In this document: piece by piece, positions 29,797 to 37,414 of the stretch
Layout: every line of letters starts with the position of its first letter
Position numbering within the stretch: the first letter of the stretch is position 1
Source of the DNA: Deltaproteobacteria bacterium
Lineage (GTDB): Bacteria > Desulfobacterota > Desulfobacteria > Desulfobacterales > JAFDMD01
Assembly (NCBI GenBank): GCA_019306185.1
Contig: JAFDMD010000001.1
Span: 1-54,448 of the forward strand
Direction: 5' to 3'
DNA: 54,448 nucleotides
Notes under the pieces: generated by a model
What the model was told of the DNA's origin: nothing
Database searches by the model: none
What the model saw: the letters and a program-made list of their open reading frames with translations, nothing else
Translations under genes and position numbers: made by a program

Positions 29797-31707
29797 TTAT
29801 TTCCCCCTTAAAATCCTTTGATCCCCCACCCTTATCGTAACTCCGCTTAAATCAAAAAATTCTAACAACGGAATAAGAAATTTTCTCGGAACCCGGGCAA
29901 TCTTTTTAAATTGAGCCGCGGTAATCTCCTTATTATCCTGCAAAAATTTTACAAGCTTTTCCTTAAGCAAATTTACGGCATCGGCGTTAAAATACAAATC
30001 CTCCTTTGCTTTAACCAAAAGCCCCTCTTTTATCAGCATAGCAAACAACTCCTTTGCGTCCTTTGCGTTTATATCAAATTTTTTAATCAACCCGCTTGCA
30101 TAAGCCGGAGTTAATCCGCCTTTTTCATAATCTTTTAAAATATCTTCTCTAATCTTCTTGTGATCCGCCAAAAGCAAAACCTTATGTGCTGCAAGCCTCA
30201 CAATATCTTCAGCCAAAACAATAATCCCGCTTTTTATCATATTATTTAAAATAAGATTAAAAAGCTTCGGCTTAATATCGTAAAGAATTTTAGATTTTAA
30301 CTCCTCTTTTAAAATTCCTTCTTTAAGCGGATTATCTTTATGAAAAACTTCAAGCCGTTTTTTAGTATTTTCAATCAAAGCTTCTAACGTATCTTTATGG
30401 ATATAAATTCTATTTTCTTTATCCAATAAAATTACGGTTTTTGAAGAAAGATATTTTGCCAAAACAGCGTTTAACCTCTTTTCGGCAATATTTGTCATAA
30501 TAATCAAATCCGATAATCCAAGCCCCTTATGTCCGGCTTCTTTTATATGAAAAAGTAAAATCTGTTCCGTATCTTCTTTAAAAGCATCTTTAACAGCGCA
30601 AATTTTATCTTTTGCCTCAAGCTTTAACTTTTTTGCGATAGGATTTAAAATAACTCCGCCGCCAATAGTTTTAACCGGAGAATAACTTCTTATAACAAAT
30701 CTGTCATCTTTTACCGCCGCAATAGGAGTATAAAGCCTAATCTGCGCAAAACAACTCTCCCCTGTCTCAAGCTTTTCTTTATCTAACAAAATCAGATTTG
30801 CCATAGTTTCCACCGTTGCAGTATGAAAACGAACCTTTGTATTGTTTTTTAATGGCTTTTTTGCGCTTTTAAGATAATTAAGCTCAACGTCTATAATATA
30901 ACTCGGTTTTAAAAAATTTTTTTCCGAAACTGCATACCCCCTATTTAAAAGAGATTTTTCAAGCCCCTGAAAATTAATTGCGCATCTTGTTCCCGCTCTC
31001 GCTTCGTTTACGCTTTGGCTATGAACCTGAACCCCTCTTACCTTCGATATAATCTCAGGCGGATAAATACAAACGGTATCTCCGGTTTTAACCGTTCCGG
31101 CAATAACTGTTCCCGTAATAACCGTTCCGAAACCCTTCATCGTAAAAACCCTGTCTATGGGAAGCCGAAACCTATTTAAACAGATCCGCTCCGGTATTTT
31201 TTCGGCAATATTTTCAAGAGCTGCCGCAAATTCGTCAATACCCGCGCCCGTTGTTGAAGATACCGGAATTATCGGCGCGTTTTCCAAAAATGTCTCTTTT
31301 GTAAACTCGGTAATCTCCTCTATTACAAGATCAAGCCAATCTTCTTCAACCATATCAATTTTTGTAAGCGCCACAATTCCATGCTTTATTCCCAACAAAG
31401 AACAAATCTCCATATGCTCTTTCGTCTGCGGCATAATACCTTCGTCCGCCGCTATAATCATTGCAACCAAATCAATCCCGGTTGCGCCCGCGACCATATT
31501 TTTTACAAACTTTTCGTGTCCCGGAACATCCACCACCCCCAATCGCCTTCCATTAGGCAAAGTTAAAGAGGCAAAACCAAGCTCAATTGTAATGCCTCTT
31601 TCTTTCTCTTCTTTAAGCCTATCAGTATCAATGCCGGTAAGCGCCTTTATAAGACTTGTTTTTCCATGATCAATATGCCCCGATGTGCCCAGAATAATAT
31701 CTTTCAA
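29797..31707 (-). CDS. selB: Selenocysteine-specific elongation factor SelB (TTG start)
   Basis: GTPase G1 GHIDHGKT and DVPGHE. Four C-terminal winged-helix repeats give the 636-aa length. AAGGAG lies 8 nt before the TTG. Confidence 0.88.
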   Translation of the reverse strand: MKDIILGTSGHIDHGKTSLIKALTGIDTDRLKEEKERGITIELGFASLTLPNGRRLGVVDVPGHEKFVKNMVAGATGIDLVAMIIAADEGIMPQTKEHMEICSLLGIKHGIVALTKIDMVEEDWLDLVIEEITEFTKETFLENAPIIPVSSTTGAGIDEFAAALENIAEKIPERICLNRFRLPIDRVFTMKGFGTVITGTVIAGTVKTGDTVCIYPPEIISKVRGVQVHSQSVNEARAGTRCAINFQGLEKSLLNRGYAVSEKNFLKPSYIIDVELNYLKSAKKPLKNNTKVRFHTATVETMANLILLDKEKLETGESCFAQIRLYTPIAAVKDDRFVIRSYSPVKTIGGGVILNPIAKKLKLEAKDKICAVKDAFKEDTEQILLFHIKEAGHKGLGLSDLIIMTNIAEKRLNAVLAKYLSSKTVILLDKENRIYIHKDTLEALIENTKKRLEVFHKDNPLKEGILKEELKSKILYDIKPKLFNLILNNMIKSGIIVLAEDIVRLAAHKVLLLADHKKIREDILKDYEKGGLTPAYASGLIKKFDINAKDAKELFAMLIKEGLLVKAKEDLYFNADAVNLLKEKLVKFLQDNKEITAAQFKKIARVPRKFLIPLLEFFDLSGVTIRVGDQRILRGK

Positions 31708-31721
31708 TCTTTACTCCTTAT

Positions 31722-31856
31722 TAAGACCCTTGCCAGACTTCTTATTTTCTGCGTTATACTCAAATCTTACCACTCGAAATACCGTAAGTATGCCCGCGTT
31801 TAAAATTTGAGCAAGACAGGGAAATAAACAAAATTTTTTGTTATGCAAGGGTCTTA
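31722..31856 (-). repeat. Palindromic intergenic element, copy 4 (diverged), sense orientation 14 nt upstream of selB
   Basis: Perfect 12-bp outer arms TAAGACCCTTGC / GCAAGGGTCTTA. The interior shares TTTTCTGCGTTAT and the AAATTT arm pattern with 50687-50836. Confidence 0.7.
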
Positions 31857-31875
31857 TTTTAAAATTAAACCGGCT

Positions 31876-32055
31876 TTAATCGGTTTTTTTTCTGTTTTTG
31901 TGAATATATTCAAAAAAATATGCAAGCATAACCATAAAAACTCCAAGCCCCGCCGAATAAAAGATATGTTTATCCGGGTAAAAAGCCCTTGTAAGCAAAA
32001 TTCCGAAAGCAGCGCCTACTATAAGACGCATGATAAAAATATAAAATTTGTTCAT
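31876..32055 (-). CDS. Possible small two-helix membrane protein (59 aa from MNKFY)
   Basis: Two hydrophobic helices (IFIMRLIVGAAFGILL, AGLGVFMVMLAYFF). No clear RBS, so weak. Confidence 0.3.
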   Translation of the reverse strand: MNKFYIFIMRLIVGAAFGILLTRAFYPDKHIFYSAGLGVFMVMLAYFFEYIHKNRKKTD

Positions 32056-32190
32056 AATTTTTTTTCGTTTTTCCGTATTTTTTTTCGTTATCCGAAATCC
32101 CGTCTCCGTTTTTCGATTTATTCGATTAACAAATATATAGGGACATAGGGACAAAGTTTAAAATGAATTGTTTTTTATAATTTTAATCAA

Positions 32191-32216
32191 GGGATTTCTC
32201 CCTTCGGTTGACAAGA
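32191..32216. repeat. Solo GGGATTTCTCCCTTCGGTTGACAAGA repeat end
   Basis: Same head as 11750 and 17187. Marks the left edge of the accessory islet. Confidence 0.7.
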
Positions 32217-32540
32217 CGCGTAAACAAACCGCTTCCTATCTTCCTTTTTCTCTTTGTATCTCATAATTAAATATTAAGCAAAAAAATAAAAAACCTCTTC
32301 CTCCCCTCTTAATCAGGTTTGACAAAAAGTTTTTGCGTTAATATAGAAAAAAAGGACTTCGCCTGAAACTGATTTAAGCCTCATTACTTATGTAAAACTT
32401 TTTTCTTCTCTTATTACTTCTCTGATTTTTCCAATATTTTTTAAATCAATCCGACAATGCGGATTTTAACCATTCGGAGACGGAATGCCGAGCAATACGG
32501 TTACGGTTAAGTTTTAATAAAATTTAAAAGGAGAGAACAA

Positions 32541-33116
32541 ATGAAATATAGAATATTATTGTTAGGGTGCATTTTATACTATCTGATAGTGCCGGCAGCG
32601 GTTTATGGAACTGAAGATAATAATACAGTTCCTGTACCAGAAAGCACACATACGAATTATATTGACTGCGATAATAGCAACAGCGATCAGATATGGGAGA
32701 GACTTAGGGCGGCAAGGAGACAATATGAACTGACAACACATGAGCTTGAAAGTGCAATGAGCGCCTTAAGCCTATCGTTTAGGGAGTGTACTTCTCAACG
32801 ATGGCGAGTATTGTGGAATCCTTGTATTATAGAGGCAGAAAAGGCTCGGAGACAGCTTGAGGCCCAAAGAAGAAGAATTATGAGGTTGAGAAGGGATGTT
32901 GAAAGTGATCCCGGACCCGGCAATGCAAAGTTATATTGCCGGCGGATGCAAGGTGAGATTTTTCATGGCTACGACATATATATAGAAGGTATTAATGGGT
33001 ATTTTTCGTTTATTGAAAGTTCGACAACTATGTGTAATCAGAAAAACTTCGCTAATTGCTTATCATTGAAGACTATATTGGATGCTATAGGAGTACTTAG
33101 CAGTATTAGAAAATAA
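32541..33116 (+). CDS. Orphan secreted Cys-containing, Arg-rich coiled-coil protein, 191 aa
   Basis: Signal peptide MKYRILLLGCILYYLIVPAAVYG and AGGAG RBS. Visibly higher G+C and different codon choice (AGG, CGG, GAG) than neighbours. No family recognised. Confidence 0.65.
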   Translation: MKYRILLLGCILYYLIVPAAVYGTEDNNTVPVPESTHTNYIDCDNSNSDQIWERLRAARRQYELTTHELESAMSALSLSFRECTSQRWRVLWNPCIIEAEKARRQLEAQRRRIMRLRRDVESDPGPGNAKLYCRRMQGEIFHGYDIYIEGINGYFSFIESSTTMCNQKNFANCLSLKTILDAIGVLSSIRK

Positions 33117-33143
33117 TTACGAAATAAAATGAAGTCAAGCATT

Positions 33144-33172
33144 GTAGAGGCACTGTATTGCGGCGCCTTTAC
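33144..33172. repeat. REP-like hairpin GTAGAGGC-ACTGTATTGCGGC-GCCTTTAC
   Basis: GTAG head. Shares a 20-nt stretch (2 mismatches) in direct orientation with 34003-34022. Confidence 0.7.
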
Positions 33173-33198
33173 ATAATGCCGAATAGAAATCGCCGTTT

Positions 33199-33516
33199 TT
33201 ATATTAACTTTATTCCTGTTTTTAAAATTTCTTTTGCAAACGGGTTATGCAGGTTAAAATCGGCGGGCGAAAAGGGCAGAACTTCTATTTCGCTGCTAAC
33301 GGATAAGGTTAGACTTCTTATTTTATCTTTATCCTCAATTCTATCGCCTGTGAATATGTCCGAAACCAAAGCAATATCAATATCGCTCCATTTATTATAA
33401 TTTCCTTTAGCATAGCTGCCGAATAGAACCGCTTTTTTTATGGGAATATTATTTTTGATTAGAAGGTTAAGATATTTTTCTATTCTGTTTTTTATTTTAA
33501 TAGGGAGTCGAACCAT
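33199..33516 (-). CDS. Minimal nucleotidyltransferase (MNT-type antitoxin)
   Basis: LFGSYAKGNYNKWSDIDIALV fits the GSxxxG...SDxD Pol-beta NTase motif. Overlaps the HEPN gene by 25 nt. Confidence 0.85.
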   Translation of the reverse strand: MVRLPIKIKNRIEKYLNLLIKNNIPIKKAVLFGSYAKGNYNKWSDIDIALVSDIFTGDRIEDKDKIRSLTLSVSSEIEVLPFSPADFNLHNPFAKEILKTGIKLI

Positions 33517-33884
33517 TTGTAAAACTCCTTAATTTTATCAAAATATTTATTAGTAAACTCTTTTGTGCATCGCTGATAAAATTCAAGTTTATAATCGGGA
33601 TAGCGTATCTGAATATTGAAATCATTTATTTTATCCAAAAGAAATTTCTGTTCATTATTCGGTTTTATCTTCGATAATTCTGTCAAACGCACGAGATTAT
33701 GAATTTTAGGCGGCGTATCATTATTATTCTTGTCAACAAATACTGCTTTTAATATTTTTTCTAATGCCAAATGCCCGACAAATAAACATCAATCATAGCG
33801 TTTTGATTTAAACATGCTTGCGGCGGATTCAAGATCATGGGAAGCGGTTTTTCGCCAATAAGCAATATGTTCTTCTTTTGTCAT
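33492..33884 (-). pseudogene. HEPN-domain protein interrupted by an in-frame TGA at codon 32
   Basis: ATG at 33884 gives MTKEEHIAYWRKTASHDLESAASMFKSKRYD-TGA-CLFVGHLALEKILKAVF..., all in one frame. The track ORF only begins at an internal TTG (33770). Confidence 0.75.
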
Positions 33885-33992
33885 TTTTCTCTTTTAATTT
33901 GAAGTTTAATTTTTTTTAAATAGATAATTAATCTTTTTTGCTTTTAATTTCAATATATATGTTAGTAAATAAGCCGTAGTTTATAAAAAACC

Positions 33993-34022
33993 GTATAAAG
34001 CGCTGTATTGCGGCGTCTCTAC
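33993..34022. repeat. REP-like hairpin remnant GTATAAAGCG-CTGTATTGCGG-CGTCTCTAC
   Basis: Direct-repeat partner of 33144-33172, on the other side of the HEPN/MNT pair. Confidence 0.65.
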
Positions 34023-34157
34023 CTGTTTTGACAATTTCTAAACGAATCTCCATAAAACCTTTAAGGTTGTTTGAATATATGTAAGATTATAAATTTTACG
34101 AAAACGTTCTAATATTTTTTATTCCTCTTTTTTCTATTCCTTTTGCGTATTATTTTT

Positions 34158-34373
34158 TCAAGCGGTTTTGACATGCAGTTTTAAGCCGAGAGCGCCTATA
34201 ACTTTAAGTATTGTGTCGAAATTAGGATTTCTTTCGCCGGATAACGCTTTGTAAAGGTTTTCTATCGATAATCCGGATTAGCGCGCCGCTTGAGACATTC
34301 CTTTTGCGCGGGCTTTTATGTCCGACAATCCGTCTATCCATTTGGCAAATTTTTCTGTTTTTCCGATTTGCAT
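34158..34373 (-). pseudogene. Deletion remnant fusing a HigB/RelE-type killer N-terminus to a HigA/XRE-type antidote C-terminus, with an in-frame TAA
   Basis: MQIGKTEKFAKWIDGLSDIKARAK (killer-protein N-terminal pattern) joins directly to GMSQAAR-TAA-SGLSIENLYKALSGERNPNFDTILKVIGALGLKLHV (antidote HTH C-terminus). Confidence 0.65.
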
Positions 34374-34584
34374 TATAGATTTATTTGTATTCTTATGACT
34401 ACGGATTGTCAACGCCGTTTTATAATCTGTTGCGCTTGGGATTTTTTTTAGTTAAAAAAGGAAGAAAGATACAGAGGAAAAGAGGGAAAAAGGAAATCTT
34501 TTATACAAAAAGTTTTAAAATAAACATTTTAAACTTTGTATCTTTGTTACTCTGATACCGTTAAATAGAATAAAGGAGGCGTTA

Positions 34585-34755
34585 ATGATAGAATCCGCAT
34601 ATATGCTTAATACAGAGCTTGCAGTAAGGATAAAAAGACTGCAAAAACCGGAATATCGGATTGTTTTTTATCTTGAAGATGAGCTTATTACCGTAACCGT
34701 AATAAGAACAAGAGGAAATATTTATAAACGAGCAAAAAGAAAAAAGAAACTATAA
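34585..34755 (+). CDS. Short RelE/ParE-like C-terminal fragment (56 aa), possibly still expressed
   Basis: Strong AAAGGAGG RBS. YRIVFYLEDELITVTVIRTRGNIY resembles the last strands of RelE/ParE toxins, but the N-terminal half is missing. Its stop overlaps the moaB ATG (TAATG). Confidence 0.4.
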   Translation: MIESAYMLNTELAVRIKRLQKPEYRIVFYLEDELITVTVIRTRGNIYKRAKRKKKL

Positions 34756-35255
34756 TGACGCATAAAGATAATATATTAAAAAATTTAAATTTCGGGATAA
34801 TCAGCGTATCTTCTACAAGAAATATTAAAGAGGATAAAAGCGGAGACTGGATAAAAGAGGCGGCGGAAAAAAACGGGCATAAAGTAGTTTATAGAAGTAT
34901 GGCAAAAGACGATAAAAAAGATATTATAATAAAAGTTTCGGAAGCTTTGGATAAATTTAAAACGGACGCTTTAATTTTAACTGGCGGAACCGGACTTTCG
35001 GAAAAAGATGTAACGGTTGAGGCAATAAGCCCGTTATTCGATAAAACCTTAACGGCGTTTTCAGAGGTTTTTACTTTGGTAAGTTATAATAAAATAGGAG
35101 CGGCTGCCGCGTTATCCGGCGCTTGCGCAGGAATTATTAAAAAAAAAGTTGTTTTTTTACTTCCCGGAAGCCTTAACGCCTGCCAAGACGCTTGCAACGA
35201 GATTATTTTTTCTGAAATTGGACATATCGTAAAGCATTTGAGGCAGAATGATTAG
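34755..35255 (+). CDS. moaB: Molybdenum cofactor biosynthesis protein MoaB/Mog family
   Basis: MoCF_biosynth pattern: ILTGGTGLSEKDVTVEA, then ...LLPGSLNAC. Confidence 0.82.
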   Translation: MTHKDNILKNLNFGIISVSSTRNIKEDKSGDWIKEAAEKNGHKVVYRSMAKDDKKDIIIKVSEALDKFKTDALILTGGTGLSEKDVTVEAISPLFDKTLTAFSEVFTLVSYNKIGAAAALSGACAGIIKKKVVFLLPGSLNACQDACNEIIFSEIGHIVKHLRQND

Positions 35256-35306
35256 AAGAAGGAAGATAGGATATTTAACGATTTAAATAATTTTTTTAAC
35301 GGTTTT

Positions 35307-35328
35307 TATTTTGTAAAAAAAATAACCG
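35307..35328. repeat. Left copy of a 22-bp exact direct repeat TATTTTGTAAAAAAAATAACCG
   Basis: Identical to 37367-37388. The upstream TTAGAA..GATAG..ATTTAACG context is also shared. Confidence 0.9.
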
Positions 35329-35360
35329 CTTCAACTTGTCTTATAAATAGGAAAAGTAAA

Positions 35361-36780
35361 ATGAAGATTAAAATAACAGATTTTGGTCCCATAAAAGAGT
35401 TTGAATTTGATTTAAACAAATCTTTTATAGGAATATTCGGCAAAAATAATACCGGCAAATCTTATGCAATATCTGCGACGTATCTTATTCTTAAACAGCT
35501 TCTTGATATTAATAGTATGGAAATTACTACTTCGATGGAACTTCTGATTAAAGAAATAATAAGTAAGCATAAAAAAAATCAAGAAGAATTTTTATCCTTA
35601 GAACAAAATGAAAATAATATAACAAAAAAATTTGAAAGCTTTTTTAAAAACATGTTTTTAAAAAACTTTACCGAAAAACTCACGGATTCCTTTTATTCCA
35701 CTTTCGGCGATTTGGAAAAGCTTAAAAATAAGTTTTCAAAAAATTATCCCAAAATAATTTTAAATTTTGATTCTTTAGAAGCTGCATTTATAATAGAAAA
35801 AGAAATTCTGATAGATAAAGTAATTCTAAAACGAGAGATAATTGTAAAAAATACCGCCTTGAATGAAAATTCGGGAACAAGCAAAGATAAAATCACATTA
35901 TGTCTTGCCATTAACAACAATAACTCTTTTCATATAGCTGGTGGCTTACATCTAATAATGGGTTGTTTATCGCTTTTTGAAGAGATAAGAGAAGCCGTCA
36001 CTAATGTTTATTATATGCCCGCTTCAAGAACAGGTTTATATCAGGCTTTAAGCAGTTATTCCGAAATATTTGCAGAATTATCCAAACAAAGAAGACACAT
36101 TGCCAAAAAATTTGAAATTCCCCGATTATCCGAACCTGTAAGCGATTATTTCATGCATCTTTCCGGGACATACGCAAATCGAAAACTTGGCATACGGCAA
36201 GCCGAATTATATAAATCACGTGAAGATATTGATCTGGAAATTATTAAAGGAAAAGTGTCTTTTGACGATAAAGATAAAAGAATATATTACAGCCCTGATA
36301 ATTCGGATATAACAATAGAAATTTCAACGGCTTCTTCAATGGTTTCGGAACTTGCCCCCTATAGTTTTATATTTAAAACATATAATACTTTATAAAATCG
36401 GATTATATAGTAATTATGACATTATGTTTAGCCCGTTAATATTTATAGAAGAGCCGGAGGCTCATCTTCATCCGAAAGTGCAGCTTCAATTAACGGAGAT
36501 TTTTTGCAGATTAACTAAAATAGGGGTTAAAATTGTAATAACTTCTCATAGCAATAATATTTTTACAAAGATGAATAATCTTATTCTTGCAAAGGAGCTT
36601 TTACCCAAAGATGTAGATGTTTCGGTTTTTGAGGAGACAAAAACAGGAAGTATTGTTAAAAAATCTAAAATAGACGAATTGGGGATAGACGATGATAATT
36701 TTTTGGAGACAGCCGAAGAATTATTTGAAGAAAAGATGAATTTTATAGACAAATTAAATGATGAACAGAATGATAGATAA
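35361..36780 (+). pseudogene. ABC/SMC-like AAA ATPase (AAA_15/AAA_21 type) with its frame broken at a C5 run; about 470 aa if repaired
   Basis: N-terminal strand plus Walker A (KITDFGPIKEFEFDL...IFGKNNTGKS), and Walker B/D-loop/H-loop in the second ORF (LIFIEEPEAHLHP, ITSHS). The ORFs 35361-36395 and 36352-36780 join as ...SSMVSELAP/IVLYLK... if one C is removed at 36355-36359. Confidence 0.72.
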
Positions 36781-37327
36781 AATTAATGAAGACCAAGAAC
36801 GGTTTTGGTTTAAAAGCCTATTATGCAAAGAAAATGGTATTTCCGCAGAAATAGACGACAAAATACAGGACGAAGACTATATAGTATTAAAAATAGATAA
36901 ATATTATGCCTCCTTAAAGATGGCAGAAACTCCGCCTTCGCCGGACTGCCTTATTATAGTGAAATGTAAAAAAAATAACCTTTACGATTTATATCTTGTG
37001 GAATTAAAGAATATAAAATCTCCCGCCGGTTTTAAGGTGAACAATATTAAGGCAAAATTTAAAACTGCGGTAAAAGATTTTATGTGTGAAAGATTTAAAG
37101 ATATTCTTTTAAATAAATCATATTCTATTAATAAGTTTAAAATATATTTTGTAACGGATGCTTGTAGAATAAAAAAATATCATCCTGATATTACGGAGGA
37201 AGATTATCTTAAAAGAATTGAAACTACAAAATTAAAAAGGGTTCAGAATTTAAAACCGTTAAAATTCAGAAATAAATCTGCGGCTATTGATTCGAGACTG
37301 CCTAATCCTATGATAAAATATTGTTAG
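36758..37327 (+). CDS. Small PD-(D/E)xK-like putative nuclease, 189 aa, translationally coupled to the ATPase
   Basis: SPDCLIIVKCKKNNLYDLYLVELKN gives PD...(18 aa)...ELK spacing, typical of restriction-endonuclease-fold cores. Overlaps the ATPase 3' end by 23 nt. Confidence 0.55.
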   Translation: MMNRMIDKINEDQERFWFKSLLCKENGISAEIDDKIQDEDYIVLKIDKYYASLKMAETPPSPDCLIIVKCKKNNLYDLYLVELKNIKSPAGFKVNNIKAKFKTAVKDFMCERFKDILLNKSYSINKFKIYFVTDACRIKKYHPDITEEDYLKRIETTKLKRVQNLKPLKFRNKSAAIDSRLPNPMIKYC

Positions 37328-37366
37328 AAAAAAGATAGAAAGGGATAAAGGAGATTTAACGCTTTC

Positions 37367-37388
37367 TATTTTGTAAAAAAAATAACCG
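37367..37388. repeat. Right copy of the 22-bp exact direct repeat
   Basis: See 35307-35328. Lies 26 nt upstream of the glnD ATG. Confidence 0.9.
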
Positions 37389-37414
37389 AAAAAATAAAGT
37401 CGTATAATTTAAAA

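Noticed and set aside
33789-33791. TGA read as Trp (genetic code 4/25), or as selenocysteine given the nearby selB
   Set aside because: TGA clearly terminates gatC (5649-5651) and hisS (11726-11728) at their expected ends, so the genome uses standard code 11. The position corresponds to an expected Trp rather than Cys/Sec, and I saw no SECIS-like hairpin immediately downstream.
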